The notes under the pieces were generated by a model. That model was not told the DNA's origin. It did not search any database and was given only the letters and a program-made list of their open reading frames with translations. A DNA stretch of 64,000 bases from an uncultured Verrucomicrobiae bacterium (GTDB taxonomy: Bacteria > Verrucomicrobiota > Verrucomicrobiia > Chthoniobacterales > JAFAMB01): the NCBI GenBank assembly GCA_963813025.1, contig CAWEXO010000005.1, positions 283,840 to 347,839 of the forward strand, read 5' to 3'. The translations under genes were made by a program, and so were the position numbers. Below, piece after piece: positions 41,823 to 50,022 of the stretch; the stretch's first letter is position 1, and each line of letters begins with the position of its first letter.

Positions 41823-43880
41823 TTATGACATTTTTGACATATTTTTGACATTATTGACAATAGTCATACCCCCTTGCGGAATAGCCAATTCCTTAAGGCC
41901 TTTCGGCGTTAATTGATATTTCTTCTCATCATTCAGATCGACCTGTTTTCCCTTACATTTCTTTAAAAGTCGGTTAAAACGGGTTGGGTTTATCCCCACA
42001 ATTTCGGCCTGCGCTTTCCATTTCTTGTGGAATAACGGACCTTTTTGAAGCAGCGATAATATATCCCTCGGCCCCCATTCAGACCTGTTCCCGGAGCCCG
42101 CCTCGGGTATCAGCCCGGACAGCCGGCGGTAAAGCGGATATTCCCAAATTGCTGCAAAGGGTGCTGGCGTGGCATCTTCCCGCATCCCGCTAAATCGAAT
42201 ATCTATTACGCGATCCTCTCCGTACTGATTGTTGATTGCTGCGTCTGTACATTTCAAGAATGAGGCAACAACATCGGGATCTCTGGACCATACAGCAGAC
42301 CCCGACTGAATATCATTAGAGAGCCGCCCCGCCTGCTCACCCTTTGTCGAGTGCCCCACGATCAATGTTGCCGCGCCTGTCTGAGCAGAAATACGCTCTA
42401 CATGGTTGCAAAAGTCGGTGACATCCCTTGCCGAGTTGTCGTCCCTGTCTCCGAGGCATTTATAAGCCGGATCGACTATGACGAATTTATATGGGCGGGT
42501 TTTGAGTCGTCGCAAAATCTTATCGACCATTACCTTTATATCTGCGGGTTTCCCCCGAAGATTCCAGAAATCTACGTCATGGCCAGAGACGGGATTCAGG
42601 CTCATTGCGTCGCAAATATCCAGCACGCGATTATTCATCGTGTTATGCTTCAACTCAAAATTGATATACAACACAGGTGCACGATAAGTCTCATGTCCTA
42701 GCCAAGGCCGCCCGGAGCCCACGCAAAGCGCTAAATGAATCATCAGCCACGTTTTAAATAGCTTCGACTGGCTTGAAATGTTCATTTTAGACCCTCCTCG
42801 CAAAAGTCCTTCGATCAGGTATGGGTCTAACGCTTCCCGTGCGGACAAGAATGACCTTGGCGATTCAATGTCCGGAAGCCCGTCATCCGGGTTCGCGGCC
42901 TCCCACTCCTGCCAGTTCGCTGCTCCAATGCTCCATGACAACAGATGCTGCTTCCTTGGCCCACGCATAACGCCGGGGATTCTGGAAAGCCGGGATGGGT
43001 TTTTGTTGGCTACATCGATACTTAACTTGCCCAGGTAAGCGTAAACAACCTGCCGACGCTGCTTAAATTCATCTGCGTCCTTGGCTGCAACCTTGACCAG
43101 TGCATGAATGCTCTTCCCGCCGCTGTCGTATATTGCGACTATGGGCAGTCTAGTGGCCTTGAGATTGGCGAATTGAACCTTCTTCTCTTCTGGCCATAGG
43201 TCCGGGCGATTAAGCGTTCCGTCCAGCTCGACGAGTAAGTGCCTGAAGTCCGCAACGTTTGCGTCCGCCCTTGCCGAATTAAGGTCCTTTAATGGGTTGA
43301 TACAAAACCAACCACCATCGCTCGCGCCATCAAGAACCTTCTGGCAATACGCCTGAACCTTGGGGTCTGTATCCAGCAGTGCTATGGAAGCCTTATAATC
43401 TTCGGTCGGCTTGCCGCCGCTGCCGGGAAACGAGAGACAAAAAATGTCGTCAGGCTTGAAGATTCGTCGCAGAAATTCAATCGGCGCCGTGCCGTCCAGC
43501 TCGTTTGGCAGATCCCCTGAGCAGCTAACTGGCACAAATGGCTTGACCTCGGGGGGCTTGGCCGCTGCGGATGAACCGTTTAGCCTGTAGGTTGCGCCAG
43601 TCCCGCTTCCTCGCATACACGGCTCGCGTTGTTCGCCCCTGAACGCGGAAGCCATTGTTCTATTAGCCTCCGACTCAGACAACCCGTCATTCAGCGCTCG
43701 CTGCAACAAGGCAGCCTCATACTTGTTCCACATCCCGTGATCGCGCACTTGGCAGCACGCAGCGTGCAATTCATTGTTGCGACTTCCCTCGGGAGCGCCA
43801 TTCTCCAAATACCCCATTGTGCGTTCGGGCAACTCGGAGTCAGACAATGACGTGGCTCCGCTGCCTATAATGTGCTTCAT
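41823..43880 (-). CDS. Primase-helicase (PriCT-like, primase-like, AAA_25/RepA-type helicase)
   Basis: EGSRNNEL; LVELD...DSGGKSIHALV; NPSRLSRIPG; SK.FKT, YINFEL, IVDPAYK, H..KG, GS. Confidence 0.85.
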   Translation of the reverse strand: MKHIIGSGATSLSDSELPERTMGYLENGAPEGSRNNELHAACCQVRDHGMWNKYEAALLQRALNDGLSESEANRTMASAFRGEQREPCMRGSGTGATYRLNGSSAAAKPPEVKPFVPVSCSGDLPNELDGTAPIEFLRRIFKPDDIFCLSFPGSGGKPTEDYKASIALLDTDPKVQAYCQKVLDGASDGGWFCINPLKDLNSARADANVADFRHLLVELDGTLNRPDLWPEEKKVQFANLKATRLPIVAIYDSGGKSIHALVKVAAKDADEFKQRRQVVYAYLGKLSIDVANKNPSRLSRIPGVMRGPRKQHLLSWSIGAANWQEWEAANPDDGLPDIESPRSFLSAREALDPYLIEGLLRGGSKMNISSQSKLFKTWLMIHLALCVGSGRPWLGHETYRAPVLYINFELKHNTMNNRVLDICDAMSLNPVSGHDVDFWNLRGKPADIKVMVDKILRRLKTRPYKFVIVDPAYKCLGDRDDNSARDVTDFCNHVERISAQTGAATLIVGHSTKGEQAGRLSNDIQSGSAVWSRDPDVVASFLKCTDAAINNQYGEDRVIDIRFSGMREDATPAPFAAIWEYPLYRRLSGLIPEAGSGNRSEWGPRDILSLLQKGPLFHKKWKAQAEIVGINPTRFNRLLKKCKGKQVDLNDEKKYQLTPKGLKELAIPQGGMTIVNNVKNMSKMS

Positions 43881-43998
43881 GATTTAATTCCAAATTGGTC
43901 AACTGGTTCCGGCTCGCCTGTTTCTGCTCGTTCTAGTGACATGGTTTAGAAAGGTGATGGACTTGTGTCTGCCGATATTCCTTTTTCTATAGAAAATT

Positions 43999-44322
43999 TC
44001 ATATTAATTGATCGAAGTTAAATTCCTTAATTGGTTCAGGCTGCATATTCTTCATATGCGGAAATTTCTTGTTGAGTTGGTAGGTTCTTGCTCTATCGAT
44101 GCATAGCCAGCTATGGTTCCAGTAATAAAGTTGACAATGAAATTTGTGCCTCAGCTTTCTCTCTGGCTTAGCCTCATAAAGCTTGCAACACTCCTTGCAC
44201 CATGACGCCAGACCATCGCGTTTGGTCTTGTTCTTGTACCACTCTCCAACCCCACGAACCTCGCCGCACTTAGGACATTTCTTACTCATTTTTGTGCTCG
44301 TGCTCATACACCTCAGCTGCAT
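43999..44322 (-). CDS. CxxC...CxxC zinc-ribbon protein
   Basis: KKCPKCGE...YKNK..RDGL.SWCKEC. Confidence 0.65.
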   Translation of the reverse strand: MQLRCMSTSTKMSKKCPKCGEVRGVGEWYKNKTKRDGLASWCKECCKLYEAKPERKLRHKFHCQLYYWNHSWLCIDRARTYQLNKKFPHMKNMQPEPIKEFNFDQLI

Positions 44323-44548
44323 AGAATTTCATTCTCTCGACAAGATTTCTGGCCTCCATCGCAAAGCGCCGATCCAACTTGCAACAGGAAATGCACACAT
44401 CCGCGTCATCCTCAGCGTTGAACTCAGCGATGTCGGCAAGCACGCCAAGAATCTCAAGTCGATCGTGGTCGGCGACCGCATCAAATATGGCGTACCAAGC
44501 TTTCTCGTTTTCCGGGATTTCATCGTCGTATTCTTCAGTTATGTTCAT
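44282..44548 (-). CDS. Small acidic hypothetical protein
   Basis: Co-oriented; overlaps the next gene. Confidence 0.5.
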   Translation of the reverse strand: MNITEEYDDEIPENEKAWYAIFDAVADHDRLEILGVLADIAEFNAEDDADVCISCCKLDRRFAMEARNLVERMKFYAAEVYEHEHKNE

Positions 44549-44713
44549 GTGGTTATTTCTAGTTTGGTGCCCGGAAGAATCGGTTAGCCACTCTGGGCTT
44601 GTGGCTTTTGCGCAAGTTGCGCAGAAAATTGTTGCGGACGAAGAAAAAACCTTGACCCGGTCCCAGGAATCTGGTAATTAGAGACTGTTCATTGTTTCTT
44701 GTTTCATTGTTAG

Positions 44714-44748
44714 CCCGGTTAGTTAAAGCTAACCGGGTTTCTTCTTTT
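44714..44748 (+). terminator. Hairpin with T-tract (possible intrinsic terminator)
   Basis: CCCGGTTAG...CTAACCGGG followed by TTTCTTCTTTT. Confidence 0.45.
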
Positions 44749-44755
44749 CAGGTTT

Positions 44756-45151
44756 TTAATTATTTTGCCCTGCCACAAATTCCTGTAATTCCCCCTCAAA
44801 ATGGAACCACTCTCGCCTTTTGTGTACTCGAAGGCGCTGAAACCTTCGATGCATTGCGGATTCGTCCGATTGCGTGCCCCGGACAGCGGTTAGAAACACT
44901 ACGCCGGGATTTGAGGAGACGTGCGCCGCAATGCGTTCCTCCAGTTTTGTGGTCCATCCCACCTTGACCAAATGTCCCGAGCGCAGGAAGTAGACCCAAC
45001 CCGTGGGGCTCGCGGCCTTTTTCGGCTGTGACGCGTTTGTAGCAAAAAACAAATGCTCCACTAGGTCGACAACGCGCTGAACATCGCAGCCGAGAAGATC
45101 AGCGACCTCTTGGGCTGTGGGCTTGGGACCGATGGCGTCAAGCCGGCTCAT
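44756..45151 (-). CDS. T5orf172/GIY-YIG-like protein
   Basis: GWVYF...VKVGWT...R...E..MHRRF...REWF. Confidence 0.8.
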   Translation of the reverse strand: MSRLDAIGPKPTAQEVADLLGCDVQRVVDLVEHLFFATNASQPKKAASPTGWVYFLRSGHLVKVGWTTKLEERIAAHVSSNPGVVFLTAVRGTQSDESAMHRRFQRLRVHKRREWFHFEGELQEFVAGQNN

Positions 45152-45153
45152 GC

Positions 45154-45327
45154 CTATGCCTTCCGAACTCTCTCCCGTAAAAATTCGAGGACGCATTCCT
45201 TAGAAAACAAAAATTGGTTTCCTACTTGGTTCCGTGGGAGTTGTCTGGTGCGAACATAGTATCGAATAGCCTCTTTTGAGACCCCTATAAGCTTTGCGGC
45301 CGCTCTGGTTGTTAGCAATTCTTGCAT
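45154..45327 (-). CDS. Excisionase-like HTH protein
   Basis: LLTTRAAAKLIGVSKEAIRYYVR..QLP..QVG..F.FSK..V.EFL. Confidence 0.8.
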   Translation of the reverse strand: MQELLTTRAAAKLIGVSKEAIRYYVRTRQLPRNQVGNQFLFSKECVLEFLRERVRKA

Positions 45328-45379
45328 AAGTATTTCCCTATAAGTACCCGATCGGGTAACCTTGCTATACGCGGTCGGG

Positions 45380-45680
45380 TCAACCGTGCCTTTCCAACCG
45401 TTTGGCCCATGGCGTGACCCCCTTTGCGGCTTGTTCACGCAACCACGCCTTGCAATGTGCGGGTGTGGTGCGCGTGCCGAACTCGAACGTATAGCCCGCG
45501 TGCTTCCACGCTAGGATCGTGAAGCGGGAGACGCGAAGGGCAGCTGCGAGTTCCCTGTTATTGACAACAACGTTGTCAGCAAACCGTTGCTGAATGACGG
45601 ACGCGGAAGACTTGTCTCCCGCTAGTTTTGGTGTATTAATTTCGGCTTTCTCGGTTTCTACCTGATTGCCGTCAATAACC
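45380..45680 (-). CDS. Second Xis/AlpA-like HTH ORF with no ATG/GTG/TTG start (not in the ORF track)
   Basis: Manual translation ...NNRELAAALRVSRFTILAWKHAGYTFEFGTRTTPAHCKAWLREQAAKGVTPWAKRLERHG*. Confidence 0.55.
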
Positions 45681-45886
45681 TGTCAACAACCTGTCGATAA
45701 CAACCGCAGATCGAACCAATGCCCTGTGCTTAAACTGTGGTTAACTGGGAATAGACCCCAGTATATGGCGTTGGCAAACCCTTATTCAACACTATATGTT
45801 GTGAACCGCAAGGAAAAAATGGGGGAAACCCAAACAAAGCTTACAATTCTTAAATCAGAATGGCACCCAATTTCAACGAGCAAACA

Positions 45887-46939
45887 CTACCGCCGGCTCA
45901 TCATCGCAAAGATTGGGGCAACATCCGCAGCAGTTATCCTTTGGTAAATCTCGTGGACCTGTTGCGATGCATGACTGACGAACCTCCGAGTCATTGCTTC
46001 GGGTACCCCCGCCAGTGCGGCTCGGGTGATAAAGGTTGCCCGCAAACCATGGTGACTAAGATGCTGAAGATTCAAAGTATCCAAAAACTTGCGCCACTGG
46101 ACCGACGGTGGGACCTCGCCTTTCCCCGGGATATCGCACACCGTCGAATGCCGCAGTGCTTTTCGCTTCTCAACGATTGCCTTCAAGATCGGCAAGAATT
46201 CGGGATTGATCGGTTGAGAAAATCCTTTGCGACCTTTTACGATTTCATCGGGATAGTTGATTAGACCTCTGGCGACATCGATTGACCGCAGCGGGACAGC
46301 GCACTGGCGCAAACGCGATGCTTGATAGAGTCCAAACAGAAAGGTTACATGCAACCACCCAAACTCATCTTGGGCTGCAAGCTTCGCACCGACCAGCGCC
46401 ACCTCGTCATCGGTCCACGCTTCCTTGTGCCTCTGCGGTAACCGGCTAAGGTCCAATCCCCTTGCCGGATTATCCCCAGTCACAAATTTCCGCTGCTTTG
46501 CTTCGTCCATGACCATGGCAAAGAACTTGATCTCGTCGATTGCTGTGTTGCGGTCGGCGCCATTGTCCGCACGCCAGCTGAGGTAGCCCAGGACAATCTC
46601 GCGAGTAACCGTGGCCGGAGTCGTGATACCAACTTCGTCAAAATATTCCAGCCATCGAAGCGTATAACGCTTGTAATATTTTGGCGTACACGTTTGCAGG
46701 TGCCCCCACTTTTGGTCGATCCATTGGACAACCCAAGCGGCGAACCCTGACCGCGTGTGCGTGACCGGCTGCCGCTCCATCTCTGCAAGCTTTGTTCGCT
46801 GCGCTTCCAGTTCGGCCTGCTTCCGGTCGCCGATGTTGTCCTGGCGGTAGCCAGAGTTCCGGCTCTTCCACCTGCCCTCCGCGTCTTTATACCGAATCCA
46901 GATAAACGGGCTGTCAGGTTTATTGTAGGTGCTTGCCAT
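45887..46939 (-). CDS. Tyrosine recombinase (integrase)
   Basis: Catalytic-type R (ASRL), K (VKG), HGLR, H (VSH), Y (EIY); adjacent to att. Confidence 0.9.
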   Translation of the reverse strand: MASTYNKPDSPFIWIRYKDAEGRWKSRNSGYRQDNIGDRKQAELEAQRTKLAEMERQPVTHTRSGFAAWVVQWIDQKWGHLQTCTPKYYKRYTLRWLEYFDEVGITTPATVTREIVLGYLSWRADNGADRNTAIDEIKFFAMVMDEAKQRKFVTGDNPARGLDLSRLPQRHKEAWTDDEVALVGAKLAAQDEFGWLHVTFLFGLYQASRLRQCAVPLRSIDVARGLINYPDEIVKGRKGFSQPINPEFLPILKAIVEKRKALRHSTVCDIPGKGEVPPSVQWRKFLDTLNLQHLSHHGLRATFITRAALAGVPEAMTRRFVSHASQQVHEIYQRITAADVAPIFAMMSRR

Positions 46940-47014
46940 GGTCCGACAATAGACCACTTTCGGCGGCGCCTTGTCACGATCTTTGTTACGATTTCTGCGG
47001 TCCCCGAGGAGAAA

Positions 47015-47060
47015 CTGCGTCCGCCGGGATTTGAACCCGGAACCTCTGGCTCCGGAGGCC
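47015..47060 (-). mobile_element. att site: 3' half of tRNA-Arg(CCG), junction between islands 1 and 2
   Basis: Reverse complement GGC CTCCGGA GCC AGAGGTT CCGGG TTCAAAT CCCGG CGGACGCA; no D-arm or 5' half upstream. Confidence 0.88.
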
Positions 47061-47211
47061 GTAGAGTCATCTCTATAAGTGGTTTGATTTTAACTACTTA
47101 TAACGTTAGCAAAATCGATTAAAGCACTTTTAGAGCACTTTTTGCTTAATCTTCCTTAAATATCCCGAAGGCTCGCTCTCCGGCACAGGGCGCTCTGCGA
47201 CAAAACTTGTA

Positions 47212-47260
47212 TTGACAACGCGGTCGTAGAGGACGATATGGATTTCACTTATAAGTGAAA
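47212..47260 (+). promoter_or_regulatory. TAC operon promoter and operator
   Basis: TTGACA at 47212-47217; perfect 18-bp palindrome TTTCACTTATAAGTGAAA at 47243-47260, 2 bp before the toxin ATG. Confidence 0.7.
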
Positions 47261-47262
47261 AG

Positions 47263-47694
47263 ATGCCGATCGTTACCAAACAGATCCGGGTTGATCGGTA
47301 TTACACTCACAAGATCTACGCAGTCGGTAGCATGGAAAGCAACCGGCTGAATTGTCCGACGTTGGAATTTTTTAAAGAACAGAATACCAGCAATCAAACA
47401 GAACTCGATAAATTGTCAGCCTTACTGACGTTCACCGCGAAACAAGGTCCTCCGCGTAATCAGGAAAAATTTAAACACATCGAAGACACGGACGGCCTTT
47501 ACGAGTTCAAGACCACCAGCCTGCGCCTCTTCTGCTTTTTCGATAGCGGCACCGTAATTATCTGCGCGACCGGCATAGTTAAGAAGCAAGACCGTCACAA
47601 TCCAACCGATTTAAAAACCGCTTTGACTTGGAAAGAAGCTTACTTCCGGGCCAAAGCCGATAACCAGCTAATTTATGAACCGGAACACCCCTAA
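47263..47694 (+). CDS. RelE/HigB(Gp49)-like toxin
   Basis: KFKHIE..DGLYEFK...LRLFCFFD...IIC..G.VKK. Confidence 0.8.
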   Translation: MPIVTKQIRVDRYYTHKIYAVGSMESNRLNCPTLEFFKEQNTSNQTELDKLSALLTFTAKQGPPRNQEKFKHIEDTDGLYEFKTTSLRLFCFFDSGTVIICATGIVKKQDRHNPTDLKTALTWKEAYFRAKADNQLIYEPEHP

Positions 47695-47989
47695 GTCCTT
47701 TGACGCCTTTTTGGCGGATGCCGAAAAGCGCGACACCTATTGGGAAGAGTTGGCGATTCTCGAATTTACCGAAGCATTAGTGGCCCGCCTAGAATCTCTC
47801 TCTCTTAGTAAGAGCGAGTGGGCCGAAAAACTCGATATCAGCCCCTCCCTGGTCACCAAGCTGTTGGCTGGAGAAAACAATTTTACCATCCGAACCATGG
47901 TGAAGCTTGCCCGCTCGTTAGGTTGCCAATTCATGCCCGATCTGCGCCCGGAAGGCGATTCTGCTCATAGTCACATGTCTCTTAAATAA
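47675..47989 (+). CDS. HigA-like HTH antitoxin, 3' end cut by IS630
   Basis: SKSEWAEKLDISPSLVTKLL.G..NFTIRTMVKLA; the current stop codon lies inside the IS terminal repeat. Confidence 0.8.
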   Translation: MNRNTPKSFDAFLADAEKRDTYWEELAILEFTEALVARLESLSLSKSEWAEKLDISPSLVTKLLAGENNFTIRTMVKLARSLGCQFMPDLRPEGDSAHSHMSLK

Positions 47990-49132
47990 TAGTGACATTT
48001 ATTTCTCCTCAAGAGCGGCCTGCCAAGCGCGCTGGATCTTGGCCAGAATCTCTTCTCCTTGAGCCCTCCAAACATAACGCTTCGGATGGAGATTATGTTG
48101 AGCCAGGTATTGCATGATCGCCTCAACCAGTTGGCCGACACTGCCAAAGCTGCCGGGCAGGATCGTCTGCTGGCTCAGATCGCGGAAGAAGCGCTCGACC
48201 ATATTCATCCAGGAGGAACTGGTTGGGGTAAAGTGCAGTTCGAAACGCGGATGGCGTTCCAACCAACGCCGGACGCTCGGATGTTTGTGAGTGGCGTAAT
48301 TGTCCAGAATGATGTGGATGTGTTGGCTCACGGGGATCTCCCGGTCAATGCGCTTGAGGAATTCGAGCCATTGGCGGTGCGTGTGTTTGTGAGCGGTGTG
48401 GGCGATTACTTTTCCCTGCAGGTAGTCGAGCGCGGCAAAGAGGGTGACCGTGCCATTGCGATAGTAATCGTGGGTTTGGGTACGAATATGCCCTTTGCCC
48501 AGCGGCAGACCGGGTTGGCTGCGTTGCAGCGCTTGGATCTGGCTTTTCTCGTCACAGCAAAGCACCACCGCATTCTGGGGCGGATTGAGGTAGAGCCCGA
48601 TCACGTCCCAAAACTTCGCTTCAAAGTCCGGATCGGTCGAAAGCTTAAAGACCCGTGTCAGATGCGGCTTGATTTCATTCTCGCTCCAAACCCGCTGCAC
48701 GGTTGCCTTGGACAGTCCCAACTCCCGAGCCATTGCTCGACAAGTCCAGCGCGCTTGACCGTGCGGAGGCCGGGTGGCTTGATCGAGGATCTGCCGCAAG
48801 ACAGCGGCTGCAATGCGGCCCTTACGGCCCGAGCGCGGCTGATCCTGCAAAGCGGCCAGCCCGCCTTCGCTGAAGCGCCTTCGCCACTTCCTGACTTGGT
48901 TATAGTGCATATCGACCTCTCGGCCGATGCTCCGATCCCTTTTGCCTGCTGCCGCCAACTGGATCACTCGCGCCCGTTGGGCCAAGCCATGAGGAGTGCT
49001 TTGGGCGCGCAGCAATTGCTGCAGTCGCTGCGCTTCAGCCGAACTCAATTCCACTTTTCGCCGCGCCCGCTTAGCCATGCAGCCAGCGAAGCATTTTTCT
49101 CTTAGAATGTCACTATTATTTAAGAGACACTA
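47976..49132 (-). mobile_element. IS630-family insertion sequence
   Basis: 24-bp perfect inverted repeats TGTCTCTTAAATAATAGTGACATT (47976-47999 and 49106-49129); TA at the right end. Confidence 0.93.
47999..49078 (-). CDS. IS630 transposase
   Basis: HTH N-terminus; DEKSQIQAL, DNYATHK, SSWMNMVERFF (DDE). Confidence 0.95.
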   Translation of the reverse strand: MAKRARRKVELSSAEAQRLQQLLRAQSTPHGLAQRARVIQLAAAGKRDRSIGREVDMHYNQVRKWRRRFSEGGLAALQDQPRSGRKGRIAAAVLRQILDQATRPPHGQARWTCRAMARELGLSKATVQRVWSENEIKPHLTRVFKLSTDPDFEAKFWDVIGLYLNPPQNAVVLCCDEKSQIQALQRSQPGLPLGKGHIRTQTHDYYRNGTVTLFAALDYLQGKVIAHTAHKHTHRQWLEFLKRIDREIPVSQHIHIILDNYATHKHPSVRRWLERHPRFELHFTPTSSSWMNMVERFFRDLSQQTILPGSFGSVGQLVEAIMQYLAQHNLHPKRYVWRAQGEEILAKIQRAWQAALEEK

Positions 49133-49248
49133 GGCTAGCTATGTCGCCGGTCATTCCGGTTCAGTACTCGTGCCCTTACCTCTCGTCTCTTTTGAGCGAC
49201 CTGAGCAACCACCTGCTCGATGGAGTGGAAATCTCACTTTAGAGAATC

Positions 49249-49773
49249 ATGAAGATAGCGCCCTTGCAGCTTGAACAGCTTTTTCTCGGAAAGGTTAGCG
49301 TGACGCCTAGTCGCGTTCACCCTAGCGGACAAAGTGAGCTGCGAGTGGATACAACGCCCGCCTTCCAACGAGACAACGCAGACCCCTCGGTGTGGTCCGT
49401 ACAACTCCTCGTCACCTTTAAGGCTGGTGGCAATCAGCCAATCGCTTATGAAGGAGAAATTGAAATGTTGGGACGCTTCCGGGTAGTTGCGAAAGACCTA
49501 CAGGAGGAGAAGCACCGCGAATTAGTCGCGGTGAACACGCTGAGCATTCTCTATTCTTCGGCCCGTGAATCGATCGCGATGCTCACCGCTCACGGTCCAT
49601 TTGGGAAATTGTTGCTGCCATCAGTTTCGTTCGCTGATCAGAATAAGTTATTCGGTCCAGGGGAGCAGCAGCCGGAGACGGAACCGAGTACCCCAGAGAT
49701 CCAAAAAACCTCTGATGGAAAAAGCAAAGTAACCAGTCGCGCCGCTGGGAAGGCGCATAAATCGGCCGCATAA
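49249..49773 (+). CDS. SecB-like chaperone
   Basis: APLQL...F..V.V, W.V.L.V, Y..EI...G.F, VN..SILYSSARE.I..LT..GPFG...LPSVSF. Confidence 0.8.
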   Translation: MKIAPLQLEQLFLGKVSVTPSRVHPSGQSELRVDTTPAFQRDNADPSVWSVQLLVTFKAGGNQPIAYEGEIEMLGRFRVVAKDLQEEKHRELVAVNTLSILYSSARESIAMLTAHGPFGKLLLPSVSFADQNKLFGPGEQQPETEPSTPEIQKTSDGKSKVTSRAAGKAHKSAA

Positions 49774-50022
49774 TCGCGATAGTTAACCTCGGCAGACTGC
49801 GCAATCCCATCGTTAGAAAGTTACTCCTTGAAGATCGAAGATCGCGTTCGGCAGATCATGCTCTCCAAAGAGCTGAGCCATATCGAAAAATGTGATCAAC
49901 TGCGCCCTCTCATACCGGCCGACGTCTTCAAGATCGATAATCTGAACAAGGCGCGATGCCTGTGCAGCTAAGGCAACTGAAAGGAGCTCTGGAAATCGCC
50001 CAAGCAATGCAACAGCTCAACC

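Larger units (their letters stand above)
30383..47060 (-). mobile_element. Island 1: phage-satellite-like or defective-prophage element integrated at tRNA-Arg
   Basis: Flanked by tRNA 3' fragments; integrase next to the att; co-oriented primase, HNH, capsid and tape-measure genes; visibly more AT-rich. Confidence 0.8.

Noticed and set aside
47015..47060. Intact tRNA-Arg gene
   Set aside because: The D-arm and 5' acceptor strand are missing; it is an att fragment.
48059..49105. 348-aa ORF antisense to the IS630 transposase
   Set aside because: Shadow ORF with no recognisable motifs, explained by codon bias on the opposite strand.
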